This document shows positions 1 through 14,310 of a stretch of 64,000 bases of DNA, in pieces; the stretch's first letter is position 1; every line of letters begins with the position of its first letter. The stretch comes from Eledone cirrhosa (lineage: Eukaryota). The notes beneath the pieces are model-generated. The model made no database searches. It saw only the letters and a list, made by a program, of their open reading frames with translations, and was not told where the DNA came from. Position numbers and translations under genes: made by a program. Location: NCBI GenBank assembly GCA_964016885.1, contig OZ024757.1, forward strand, positions 558,001 through 622,000, written 5' to 3'.

Positions 1-3000
1 GAGAGAGTGACATTGGTGTGAAGACATTAGCTACTAGGGTGAGATAGGGACATTGGGGTGACAACAGTAGCTACTAGGGTGAGATAGTGACATTGGGGTG
101 ACAACAGTAGCTACTGGGGTGAGATAGTGACATTGGGGTGAAGACTAGCTACTAGGGTGAGATAGTGACATTGGGGTGAAGACAGTAGCTACTAGGGTGA
201 GATAGGGACATTGGGGTGACAACAGTAGCTACTAGGGTGAGATAGTGACATTAGGGTGAATACATTACCTGCTAGGGTGAGATAATGACATTGGGGTGAA
301 GATAATAGCTACTAGGGTGAGATAGTGACATTGGGGTGAAGACAGTAGCTACTGGGTGAGATAGTGACATTGGGGTGAAGACAGAAGCTACTAGGTTATG
401 ATAGTTAAATTAGGGTGAAGACAGTAGCTACTAGGGTGATAGTGACATTAGAGTGAAGACAGTAGTTACTATGGTGAGATAGTGACATTTGGGTGGAGAC
501 AATAGTTACTAGGGTGAGAGAGTGACATTGGAATGGAGAGAGTAGCTACTAGGGTGAGATAGTGACATTGGGGTGAAGACAGTCGCTACTAGGGTCAGAT
601 AGTGACATTGGGGTGAGATAGAGACATTGGGGTGTAGACAATAGTTACTAGGGTGAGATAGTGTCATTGGGGTGAAGACAGTAGCTACTAGAGTGAGATA
701 GTGATCTTGGCGTGAAGACAATAGCTACTAGGGTGCGATAGTGATATTAGGGTGAAGACAATAGCTACTCGGGTGAGAGAGTGACATTGGTGTGAAGACA
801 TTAGCTACTTGTGTGAGATAGTGACATTGGGGTGGAGACAGTAGCCATTTTGGGTGAGATAGTGACATTGGGGTGAAGACACTAGCTACTAGGGTGAGAT
901 AGTGACATTGGCTTGAAGACAGTAGCTACTAGGGTGAGATAGTGATATTAGGGTGAATACAGTAACTACTAGGGTGAGATAGTGACATTGGGGTGAAGAC
1001 AGTAACTACTAGGGTGAGATAGTGACATTGGGGTGAAGACAATAGCTACTAGGGTGAGATAGTGACATTCGGGTGAAGACAATAGCTACTAGGGTGAGAT
1101 AATGACATTGGTGTGAAGACAGTAGCTACTAGGGTGAGATAGTGACATTGGGGTGAAGACAGTAGCTACTAGGGTGAGATAGGGACATTGGGGTGACAAC
1201 AGTAGCTACTAGGGTGAGATAGTGACATTGGGGTGAAGACAGTAGCTACTAGGGTGAGATAATGACATTGGGATGAAGACAGAAGCTACTAGGTTGTGAT
1301 AGTGACATTAGGGTGAAGACAGTAGCTACTAGGGTGAGATAGTGACATTAGAGTGAAGACAGAAGTTACTAGGGTGAGATAGTGACATTGGGTGGAGACA
1401 GAAGCTACTAGGGTGAGATAGGGACATTGGGGTGACAACAGTAGCTACTAGGGTGAGATAGTGACATTATGGTGAATACATTACCTACTAGGGTCAGATA
1501 ATGACATTGGCGTGAAGACAGTAGCTACTGGGTGAGATAGTGACATTGGGGTGAAGACAGAAGCTACTAGGGTGTGATAGTTAAATTAGGGTGAAGACAG
1601 TAGCTACTAGGGTGAGATAGTGACATTAGAGTGAAGACAGTAGTTACTATGGTGAGATAGTGACATTTGGGTGGAGACAATAGTTACTAGGGTGAGATAG
1701 TGACATTGGGGTGGAGACAACAGTTACTAGGGTGAGAGAGTGACATTGGAATGAAGAGACTAGCTACTAGGGTGAGATAGTGACATTGGGGTGAAGACAG
1801 TAGCTACTAGGGTGAGATAGTGTCATTAGGCTGAAGACAGTAGCTACTCGGGTGAGAGAGTGACATTGGTGTGAAGACATTAGCTACTTGTGTGAGATAG
1901 TGACATTGGGGTGGAGACAGTAGCCATGTGGGTGAGATAGTGACATTGGGGTGAAGACACTAGCTACTAGGGTGAGATAGTGACATTGGGGTGGAGACAG
2001 TAGCTACTAGGGTGGGATAGTGACATTGGCTTGAAGACAATAGCTACTGGGGTGAGATAGTGACATTGGGGTGAAGACAGTAGCTACTAGGGTGAGATAA
2101 TGACATTGGCTTGAAGACAATATCTACTAGGGTGAGATAGGGACATTGGGGTGACAACAATAGCTACTAGGGTGAGATAGTGACATTAGGGTGAATACAG
2201 TAACTACTAGGGTGAGATAGTGACATTGGGGTGAAGACAGTAACTACTAGGGTGAGATAGTGACATTGGGGTGGAGAAAATAGCTACTAGGGTGAGAGAG
2301 TGACATTGGTGTGAAGACATTAGCTACTAGGGTGAGATAGTGACATTGGGGTGAAGACAGTAGCTACTAGGGTGAGATAGTGACATTGGTGTGAAGGCAG
2401 TTGCTACTAGGGTGAGATAGGGACATTGGGGTGACAACAGTAGCTACTAGGGTGAGATAGTGACATTGGGTTGACAACAGTAGCTACTAGGGTGAGATAG
2501 TGACATTGGGGTGAAGACAGTAGCTACTGGGTGAGATAGTGACATTGGGATGAGATAGTGACATTGGGGTGACAACAGTGGCTACTAGGGTGAGATAGTG
2601 ACATTAGGGTGAAGACAGTAACTACTAGGGTGAGATAGTGACATTGGGGTAAAGAGAGTAGCTACTAGGGTGAGATAGTGACATTGGGGTGGAGAAAATA
2701 GTTACTAGGGTGAGAGAGTGACATTGGTGTGAAGACAGTAGCTACTAGGGTAAGATAGTGACATTGGGGTGACAACAGTAGCTACTTGGGTGAGATAATG
2801 ACATTGGAGTGAAGACAATAGCTACTAGGGTGAGATAGTGACATTGGGGTGAAGACAATAGCTACTAGGGTGAGATAGTGACATTGGGGTGAAGACAGTA
2901 GCTACTAGGGTGAGATAGTGACATTGGCGTGAAGACTAGCTACTAGGGTGAAGACAGTAGCTACTAGGGTGAGATAGGGACATTGGGGTAACAACAGTAG

Positions 3001-6000
3001 CTACTAGGGTGAGATAGTGATATTAGAGTGAAGACAGAAGTTACTAGGGTGAGATAGTGACATTGGGGTGGAGACAGAAGCTACTAGGGTGAGATAGTGA
3101 CATTGGGGTGAAGACAGTAGCTACTAGGGTGAGAGAGTGACATTGGGGTGGAGAGAGTAGCTACTAGGGTGAGATAGTGACATTTGGTGAAGACAGTAGC
3201 TACTAGGGTCAGATAGTGACATTGGGGTGAGATAGAGACATTGGGGTGTAGACAATTGTTACTAGGGTGAGATAGTGCCATTAGGGTGAAGACAGTAGCT
3301 ACTAGAGTGAGATAGTGATCTTGGGGTGAAGACAATAGCTACTAGAGTGTGACAGTGACATTAGTGTGAAGACAATAGCTACGAGGGTGAGATAGTGACA
3401 TTGGGGTGAAGACAGTAGCTACTAGGGTGAGATAGTGACATTGGGGTGAAGACAATAGCTACTAGGGTGAGATAGTGACATTGGGGTGAAGACAATAGCT
3501 ACTAGGGTGAGATAGTGACATTGGTGTGAAGACAGTAGCTACTAGGGTGAGATAGTGACATTGGGGTGAAGACAGTAGCTACTAGGGTGAGATAGTGACA
3601 TTGGGGTGAAGACTAGCTACTAGGGTGAGATAGTGACATTGGGGTGAAGACAGTAGCTACTAGGGTGAGATAGGGACATTGGGGTGACAACAGTAGCTAC
3701 TAGGGTGAGATAGTGACATTAGGGTGAATACATTACCTGCTAGGGTGAGATAATGACATTGGGGTGAAGATAATAGCTACTAGGGTGAGATAGTGACATT
3801 GGGGTGAAGACAGTAGCTACTGGGTGAGATAGTGACATTGGGGTGAAGACAGAAGCTACTAGGTTATGATAGTTAAATTAGGGTGAAGACAGTAGCTACT
3901 AGGGTGATAGTGACATTAGAGTGAAGACAGTAGTTACTATGGTGAGATAGTGACATTTGGGTGGAGACAATAGTTACTAGGGTGAGAGAGTGACATTGGA
4001 ATGGAGAGAGTAGCTACTAGTGTGAGATAGTGACATTGGGATGAAGACAGTAGCTACTAGGGTCAGATAGTGACATTGGGGTGAGATAGAGACATTGGGG
4101 TGTAGACAATAGTTACAAGGGTGAGCTAGTGTCATTGGGGTGAAGACAGTAGCTACTAGAGTGAGATAGTGATCTTGGCGTGAAGACAATAGCTACTAGG
4201 GTGCGATAGTGATATTAGGGTGAAGACAATAGCTACTCGGGTGAGAGAGTGACATTGGTGTGAAGACATTAGCTACTTGTGTGAGATAGTGACATTGGGG
4301 TGGAGACAGTAGCCATTTTGGGTGAGATAGTGACATTGGGGTGAAGACAGTAGCTACTAGGGTGAGATAGTGATATTAGGGTGAATACAGTAACTACTAG
4401 GGTGAGATAGTGACATTGGGGTGAAGACAGTAACTACTAGGGTGAGATAGTGACATTGGGGTGAAGACAATAGCTACTAGGGTGAGATAGTGACATTCGG
4501 GTGAAGACAATAGCTACTAGGGTGAGATAATGACATTGGTGTGAAGACAGTAGCTACTAGGGTGAGATAGTGACATTGGGGTGAAGACAGTAGCTACTAG
4601 GGTGAGATAGGGACATTGGGGTGACAACAGTAGCTACTAGGGTGAGATAGTGACATTGGGGTGAAGACAGTAGCTACTAGGGTGAGATAATGACATTGGG
4701 ATGAAGACAGAAGCTACTAGGTTGTGATAGTGACATTAGGGTGAAGACAGTAGCTACTAGGGTGAGATAGTGACATTAGAGTGAAGACAGAAGTTACTAG
4801 GGTGAGATAGTGACATTGGGTGGAGACAGAAGCTACTAGGGTGAGATAGGGACATTGGGGTGACAACAGTAGCTACTAGGGTGAGATAGTGACATTATGG
4901 TGAATACATTACCTACTAGGGTCAGATAATGACATTGGCGTGAAGACAGTAGCTACTGGGTGAGATAGTGACATTGGGGTGAAGACAGAAGCTACTAGGG
5001 TGTGATAGTTAAATTAGGGTGAAGACAGTAGCTACTAGGGGGAGATAGTGACATTAGAGTGAAGACAGTAGTTACTATGGTGAGATAGTGACATTTGGGT
5101 GGAGACAATAGTTACTAGGGTGAGATAGTGACATTGGGGTGGAGACAACAGTTACTAGGGTGAGAGAGTGACATTGGAATGAAGAGACTAGCTACTAGGG
5201 TGAGATAGTGACATTGGGGTGAAGACAGTAGCTACTAGGGTGAGATAGTGTCATTAGGCTGAAGACAGTAGCTACTCGGGTGAGAGAGTGACATTGGTGT
5301 GAAGACATTAGCTACTTGTGTGAGATAGTGACATTGGGGTGGAGACAGTAGCCATGTGGGTGAGATAGTGACATTGGGGTGAAGACACTAGCTACTAGGG
5401 TGTGATAGTGACATTGGGGTGGAGACAGTAGCTACTAGGGTGGGATAGTGACATTGGCTTGAAGACAATAGCTACTAGGGTGAGATAGTGACATTGGGGT
5501 GAAGACAGTAGCTACTAGGGTGAGATAATGACATTGGCTTGAAGACACTAGCTACTAGGGTGAGATAGGGACATTGGGGTGACAACAGTAGCTACTAGGG
5601 TGAGATAGTGACATTAGGGTGAATACAGTAACTACTAGGGTGAGATAGTGACATTGGTGTGAAGACAGTAACTACTAGGGTGAGATAGTGACATTGGGGT
5701 GGAGAAAATAGCTACTAGGGTGAGAGAGTGACATTGGTGTGAAGACATTAGCTACTAGGGTGAGATAGTGACATTGGGGTGAAGACAGTAGCTACTAGGG
5801 TGAGATAGTGACATTGGTGTGAAGACAGTTGCTACTAGGGTGAGATAGGGACATTGGGGTGACAACAGTAGCTACTAGGGTGAGATAGTGACATTGGGTT
5901 GACAACAGTAGCTACTAGGGTGAGATAGTGACATTGGGGTGAAGACAGTAGCTACTGGGTGAGATAGTGACATTGGGATGAGATAGTGACATTGGGGTGA

Positions 6001-9000
6001 CAACAGTAGCTACTAGGGTGAGATAGTGACATTAGGGTGAAGACAGTAACTACTAGGGTGAGATAGTGACATTGGGGTAAAGAGAGTAGCTACTAGGGTG
6101 AGATAGTGACATTGGGGTGGAGAAAATAGTTACTAGGGTGAGAGAGTGACATTGGTGTGAAGACAGTAGCTACTAGGGTAAGATAGTGACATTGGGGTGA
6201 CAACAGTAGCTACTTGGGTGAGATAATGACATTGGAGTGAAGACAATAGCTACTAGGGTGAGATAGTGACATTGGGGTGAAGACAATAGCTACTAGGGTG
6301 AGATAGTGACATTGGGGTGAAGACAGTAGCTACTAGGGTGAGATAGTGACATTGGCGTGAAGACTAGCTACTAGGGTGAGATAGTGACATTGGGGTGAAG
6401 ACAGTAGCTACTAGGGTGAGATAGGGACATTGGGGTAACAACAGTAGCTACTAGGGTGAGATAGTGATATTAGAGTGAAGACAGAAGTTACTAGGGTGAG
6501 ATAGTGACATTGGGGTGGAGACAGAAGCTACTAGGGTGAGATAGTGACATTGGGGTGAAGACAGTAGCTACTAGGGTGAGAGAGTGACATTGGGGTGGAG
6601 AGAGTAGCTACTAGGGTGAGATAGTGACATTTGGTGAAGACAGTAGCTACTAGGGTCAGATAGTGACATTGGGGTGAGATAGAGACATTGGGGTGTAGAC
6701 AATTGTTACTAGGGTGAGATAGTGTCATTAGGGTGAAGACAGTAGCTACTAGAGTGAGATAGTGATCTTGGGGTGAAGACAATAGCTACTAGAGTGTGAC
6801 AGTGACATTAGTGTGAAGACAATAGCTACGAGGGTGAGATAGTGACATTGGTGTGAAGACAGTAGCTACTAGGGTGAGATAGTGACATTGGGGTGAAGAC
6901 AATAGCTACTAGGGTGAGATAGTGACATTGGGGTGAAGACAATAGCTACTAGGGTGAGATAGTGACATTGGTGTGAAGACAGTAGCTACTAGGGTGAGAT
7001 AGTGACATTGGGGTGAAGACAGTAGCTACTAGGGTGAGATAGTGACATTGGGGTGAAGACTAGCTACTAGGGTGAGATAGTGACATTGGGGTGAAGACAG
7101 TAGCTACTAGGGTGAGATAGGGACATTGGGGTGACAACAGTAGCTACTAGGGTGAGATAGTGACATTAGGGTGAATACATTACCTGCTAGGGTGAGATAA
7201 TGACATTGGGGTGAAGATAATAGCTACTAGGGTGAGATAGTGACATTGGGGTGAAGACAGTAGCTACTGGGTGAGATAGTGACATTGGGGTGAAGACAGA
7301 AGCTACTAGGTTATGATAGTTAAATTAGGGTGAAGACAGTAGCTACTAGGGTGATAGTGACATTAGAGTGAAGACAGTAGTTACTATGGTGAGATAGTGA
7401 CATTTGGGTGGAGACAATAGTTACTAGGGTGAGAGAGTGACATTGGAATGGAGAGAGTAGCTACTAGGGTGAGATAGTGACATTGGGGTGAAGACAGTAG
7501 CTACTAGGGTCAGATAGTGACATTGGGGTGAGATAGAGACATTGGGGTGTAGACAATAGTTACTAGGGTGAGATAGTGTCATTGGGGTGAAGACAGTAGC
7601 TACTAGAGTGAGATAGTGATCTTGGCGTGAAGACAATAGCTACTAGGGTGCGATAGTGATATTAGGGTGAAGACAATAGCTACTCGGGTGAGAGAGTGAC
7701 ATTGGTGTGAAGACATTAGCTACTAGGGTGAGATAGTGACATTGGGGTGAAGACAGTAGCTACTAGGGTGAGATAATGACATTGGCTTGAAGACACTAGC
7801 TACTAGGGTGAGATAGTGACATTGGGGTGACAACAGTAGCTACTAGGGTGAGATAGTGACATTAGGGTGAATACAGTAACTACTAGGGTGAGATAGTGAC
7901 ATTGGTGTGAAGACAGTAACTACTAGGGTGAGATAGTGACATTGGGGTGGAGAAAATAGCTACTAGGGTGAGAGAGTGACATTGGTGTGAAGACATTAGC
8001 TACTAGGGTGAGATAGTGACATTGGTGTGAAGACAGTAGCTACTAGGGTGAGATAGTGACATTGGTGTGAAGACAGTTGCTACTAGGGTGAGATAGGGAC
8101 ATTGGGGTGACAACAGTAGCTACTAGGGTGAGATAGTGACATTGGGTTGACAACAGTAGCTACTAGGGTGAGATAGTGACATTGGGGTGAAGACAGTAGC
8201 TACTGGGTGAGATAGTGACATTGGGATGAGATAGTGACATTGGGGTGACAACAGTAGCTACTAGGGTGAGATAGTGACATTAGGGTGAAGACAGTAACTA
8301 CTAGGGTGAGATAGTGACATTGGGGTAAAGAGAGTAGCTACTAGGGTGAGATAGTGACATTGGGGTGGAGAAAATAGTTACTAGGGTGAGAGAGTGACAT
8401 TGGTGTGAAGACAGTAGCTACTAGGGTAAGATAGTGACATTGGGGTGACAACAGTAGCTACTTGGGTGAGATAATGACATTGGAGTGAAGACAATAGCTA
8501 CTAGGGTGAGATAGTGACATTGGGGTGAAGACAATAGCTACTAGGGTGAGATAGTGACATTGGGGTGAAGACAGTAGCTACTAGGGTGAGATAGTGACAT
8601 TGGCGTGAAGACTAGCTACTAGGGTGAGATAGTGACATTGGGGTGAAGACAGTAGCTACTAGGGTGAGATAGTGACATTGGGGTGAAGACAGTAGCTACT
8701 AGGGTGAGATAGTGACATTGGGGTGAAGACAGTAGCTACTAGGGTGAGATAGGGACATTGGGGTAACAACAGTAGCTACTAGGGTGAGATAGTGATATTA
8801 GAGTGAAGACAGAAGTTACTAGGGTGAGATAGTGACATTGGGGTGGAGACAGAAGCTACTAGGGTGAGATAGTGACATTGGGGTGAAGACAGTAGCTACT
8901 AGGGTGAGAGAGTGACATTGGGGTGGAGAGAGTAGCTACTAGGGTAAGATAGTGACATTTGGTGAAGACAGTAGCTACTAGGGTCAGATAGTGACATTGG

Positions 9001-12000
9001 GGTGAGATAGAGACATTGGGGTGTAGACAATTGTTACTAGGGTGAGATAGTGTCATTAGGGTGAAGACAGTAGCTACTAGAGTGAGATAGTGATCTTGGG
9101 GTGAAGACAATAGCTACTAGAGTGTGACAGTGACATTAGTGTGAAGACAATAGCTACGAGGGTGAGATAGTGACATTGGTGTGAAGACAGTAGCTACTAG
9201 GGTGAGATAGTGACATTGGGGTGAAGACAATAGCTACTAGGGTGAGATAGTGACATTGGGGTGAAGACAATAGCTACTAGGGTGAGATAGTGACATTGGT
9301 GTGAAGACAGTAGCTACTAGGGTGAGATAGTGACATTGGGGTGAAGACAGTAGCTACTAGGGTGAGATAGTGACATTGTGGTGAAGACTAGCTACTAGGG
9401 TGAGATAGTGACATTGGGGTGAAGACAGTAGCTACTAGGGTGAGATAGGGACATTGGGGTGACAACAGTAGCTACTAGGGTGAGATAGTGACATTAGGGT
9501 GAATACATTACCTGCTAGGGTGAGATAATGACATTGGGGTGAAGATAATAGCTACTAGGGTGAGATAGTGACATTGGGGTGAAGACAGTAGCTACTGGGT
9601 GAGATAGTGACATTGGGGTGAAGACAGAAGCTACTAGGTTATGATAGTTAAATTAGGGTGAAGACAGTAGCTACTAGGGTGATAGTGACATTAGAGTGAA
9701 GACAGTAGTTACTATGGTGAGATAGTGACATTTGGGTGGAGACAATAGTTACTAGGGTGAGAGAGTGACATTGGAATGGAGAGAGTAGCTACTAGGGTGA
9801 GATAGTGACATTGGGGTGAAGACAGTAGCTACTAGGGTCAGATAGTGACATTGGGGTGAGATAGAGACATTGGGGTGTAGACAATAGTTACTAGGGTGAG
9901 ATAGTGTCATTGGGGTGAAGACAGTAGCTACTAGAGTGAGATAGTGATCTTGGCGTGAAGACAATAGCTACTAGGGTGCGATAGTGATATTAGGGTGAAG
10001 ACAATAGCTACTCGGGTGAGAGAGTGACATTGGTGTGAAGACATTAGCTACTTGTGTGAGATAGTGACATTGGGGTGGAGACAGTAGCCATTTTGGGTGA
10101 GATAGTGACATTGGGGTGAAGACACTAGCTACTAGGGTGAGATAGTGACATTGGGGTGAAGACAATAGCTACTAGGGTGAGATAGTGATATTAGGGTGAA
10201 TACAGTAACTACTAGGGTGAGATAGTGACATTGGGGTGAAGACAGTAACTACTAGGGTGAGATAGTGACATTGGGGTGAAGACAGTAGCTACAAGGGTGA
10301 GATCGTGACATTGGGGTGAAGACAGTAGATACTAGGGTAAGATAGTGATATTGGGGTGAAGACAGTAGCTACTACGGTGAGATAGGGACATTGGGGTGAC
10401 AACAGTAGCTACTAGGGTGAGATAGTGACATTCGGGTGAAGACAATAGCTACTAGGGTGAGATAATGACATTGGTGTGAAGACAGTAGCTACTAGGGTAA
10501 GATAGTGACATTGGGGTGACAACAGTAGCTACTAGGGGGGGATAGTGACATTGGCTTGAAGACAATAGCTACTAGGGTGAGATAGTGACATTGGGGTGGA
10601 GACAGTAGCTACTAGGGTGGGATAGTGACATTGGGGTGGAGACAGTAGCTACTAGGGTGGGATAGTGACATTGGGGTGGAGACAGTAGCTACTAGGGTGA
10701 GATAGTGACATTGGGGTGAAGACAGTAGCTACTAGGGTGAGATAGTGACATTGGGGTGACAACAGTAGCTACTAGGGTGAGATAGTGACATTGGGGTGAA
10801 GACAATAGCTATTTGGGTGAGATAGTGACATTGGTGTGAGATAGAGACATTGGGGTGTAGACAATTGTTACTAGGGTGAGATAGTGTCATTAGGGTGAAG
10901 ACAGTAGCTACTAGAGTGAGATAGTGATCTTGGGGTGAAGACAATAGCTACTAGAGTGCGACAGTGACATTAGGGTGAAGACAATAGCTACGAGGGTGAG
11001 GGAGTGACATTGGTGTGAAGACAGTAGCTACAAGGGTGAGATAGTGACATTGGGGTGAAGACAGTAGCTACTAGGGTGAGATAGTGACATTGGGGTGGAG
11101 AAAATAGCTACTAGGGTGAGAGAGTGACATTGGTGTGAAGACAGTAGCTACTAGGGTGAGATAGTGACATTGGTGTGAAGACAGTAGCTACTAGGGTAAG
11201 ATAGGGACATTGGGGTGACAACAGTAGCTATTAGGGTGAGATAGTGACATTGGTGTGAAGACAGTAGCTACTAGGGTAAGATAGTGACATTGGGGTGACA
11301 ACAGTAGCTACTAGGGTGAGATAGTGACATTGGGGTGAAGACAATAGCTACTAGGGTGAGATAGTGACATTGGTGTGAAGACAGTAGCTACTAGGGTAAG
11401 ATAGTGACATTGGGGTGACAACAGTAGCTACTTGGGTGAGATAATGACATTGGGGTGAAGACAATAGCTACTAGAGTGAGATAGTGTCATTGGGGTGAAG
11501 ACAATAGCTACTAGGGTGAGATAGTGACATTGGTGTGAAGACAGTAGCTACTAGGGTGAGATAGTGACATTGGGGTGAAGACAGTAACTACTAGGGTGAG
11601 ATAGGGACATTGGGGTGACAACAGTAGCTACTAGGGTAAGATAGTGACATTGGGGTGACAACAGTAGCTACTAGGGTGAGATAGTGACATTGGAGTGAAG
11701 ACAGTAGCTACTGGGTGAGATAGTGACATTGGGATGAAGACAGAAGCTACTAGGTTGTGATAGTGACATTAGGCTGAAGACAGTAGCTACTAGGGTGAGA
11801 GAGTGACATTGGGGTGGAGTGAGTAGCTACTAGGGTGAGATAGTGACATTGGGGTGAGATAGAGACATAGGGGTGTAGACAATTGTTACTAGGGTGAGAT
11901 AGTGTCATTAGGGTGAAGACAGTAGCTACTAGAGTGAGATAGTGATCTTGGGGTGAAGACAATAGCTACTAGAGTGTGACAGTGACATTAGGGTGAAGAC

Positions 12001-12560
12001 AATAGCTACGAGGGTGAGAGAGTGACATTGGTGTGAAGACAGTAGCTACAAGGGTGAGATAGTGACATTGGGGTGAAGACAGTAGCTACTAGGGTGAGAT
12101 AGTGACACTAGGGTGGAGACAGTAGATACTAGGGTGAGATAGTGACATTCGGGTGAAGACAGTAGCTACTAGGGGTGAGATAGTGACATTGGGGTGAAGA
12201 CAGTAGCTACTAGGGTGAGATAGTGACATTGGTGTGAAGACATTAGCTACTAGGGTGAGATAGTGACATTGGGGTGAAGACAGTAGATACTAGGGTGAGA
12301 TAGTGACATTGGTGTGAAGACAGTAGCTACTAGGGTGAGATAGGGACATTGGGGTGACAACAGTAGCTATTTGGGTGAGATAGTGACATTGGTGTGAAGA
12401 CAATAGCTACTAGGGTAAGATAGTGACATTGGGGTGCCAACAGTAGCTACTAGGGTGAGATAGCGACATTGGGGTGAAGACAATAGCTACTAGGGTGAGA
12501 TAGTGACATTGGTGTGAAGACAGTAGCTACTAGGGTGAGATAGTGACATTGGGGTGAAGA
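1..12560. repeat. 40-bp tandem satellite (~310 units in window, open at left edge) with higher-order structure
   Basis: Consensus TAGGGTGAGATAGTGACAT-TGGGGTGAAGACAGTAGCTAC repeated continuously. Diagnostic variant monomers recur at ~3.45-kb and 2.33-kb spacing. Confidence 0.98.
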
Positions 12561-12569
12561 TTAACATCA

Positions 12570-13420
12570 CATACATTGTATGCTTGCTAAGTTTACTTTT
12601 AGTTTTTTCACATTTTGGTTCTTCTTCCATGCTTGAAATTTCGTCCCTAACTTTCCTACAGATTCAGCTATGAGTACTACATCATCAGCACATAGGACGT
12701 CCCAGGGATTGCCAATGTTAAACTGCTTAATGATGGCCTGAAGGATAATTATAAACAGGATTGGGCTGAGGACTGAACTCTGGACTCCTACCTGTACATT
12801 TCCACACTAAACTCAGAACCAAACTCACTTTACTAACAGTTTCTCTGTAGATAGCTTGCACTTCTCTTACAAGGCACTCTCCTACACCTAGTTTCCTTAA
12901 GGACCACAATATGACAGATACAGATACTCTGTCAAAGGACTTCTCCACATGAACAATATTTAGATACAGAGGCTTATTCTTAGCTAGTAACTTCTCTTGT
13001 AGTTTTGTCATTAAGAAAAGAGTATATCTGTAGTACTTCTCCCTGGCATAAAATCTAACAACATCTCATCTAATTTGATTCTTTCCCTAAGTATTAAAAC
13101 TCTTTCTCACATTTCCATTACTTGTTCCATGCCTGAGTAGTTGCTCCTTTCTAGTACCTCACCTTTTCCTATATAGCATTATATTAGTATACTACTATGT
13201 CAGTTATTGGGTATGGCCCCATCCTATATTATCTGATTGACTATGTACGTGACTAGTTTGACATCTATTTCCCCAGAATCTTTCAACATCTCAGTTATTT
13301 CTAATGGAACAGCAGCTTTACCATTTTTATTCCCCTTGATTGCTTCTTTGACCCTATAACTATCTATTTCAATAGCTGGTCCCTCTTTGGGGTTAGTTGG
13401 AGGTAGTCTCTCTTTTCAGT
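12570..13420 (-). mobile_element. Degenerate RTE-clade LINE reverse transcriptase fragment
   Basis: ORF 12727-13011 (KLQEKLLAKNKPLYL..VEKSFDRV..WSLRKLGV) parallels the RTE RT at 20.9-21.1 kb; frameshifts and stops. Confidence 0.85.
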
Positions 13421-13601
13421 TATTTACCATTTTACAGGGTTAACTGTGTGTGATCCCTTCTATTCATTCGGGAACATATTCAACTTTGATAATAAATTGA
13501 CTAAATTAGTAAATTCTATACCATACAGTAGTTTCAACACAAGTCTTGGTTAGATCTTCTACAAATAAACTGAGAGGAGGGTAATTTTTTAGTAAACCAG
13601 T

Positions 13602-13607
13602 TTTATT
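13602..13607 (-). terminator. Putative polyadenylation signal of the 24-finger ZNF gene
   Basis: AATAAA on the minus strand in a context conserved below the paralogs (44956-44961, 63754-63759). Confidence 0.55.
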
Positions 13608-13699
13608 ATGAACATTTACAACATAGGTGGCACAATCCTGGGTGACTGGTGTGGTTTTTATCTTGTCTTATTGTGTTTGTGTTTCATTAAACAACTTTT

Positions 13700-14310
<611 letters not shown>

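Noticed and set aside
1-12560. CRISPR-like array or protein-coding repeats (ORFs MSS.QDHYLTLVATVF...)
   Set aside because: There are no unique spacers and no cas genes, and the context is eukaryotic. The ORFs are chance read-throughs of a 40-bp (non-triplet) satellite.
1-12560. Telomeric repeat or strong G-quadruplex array
   Set aside because: TTAGGG occurs only as scattered variants, and the G-runs are separated by ~16-17-nt loops, so support is weak.
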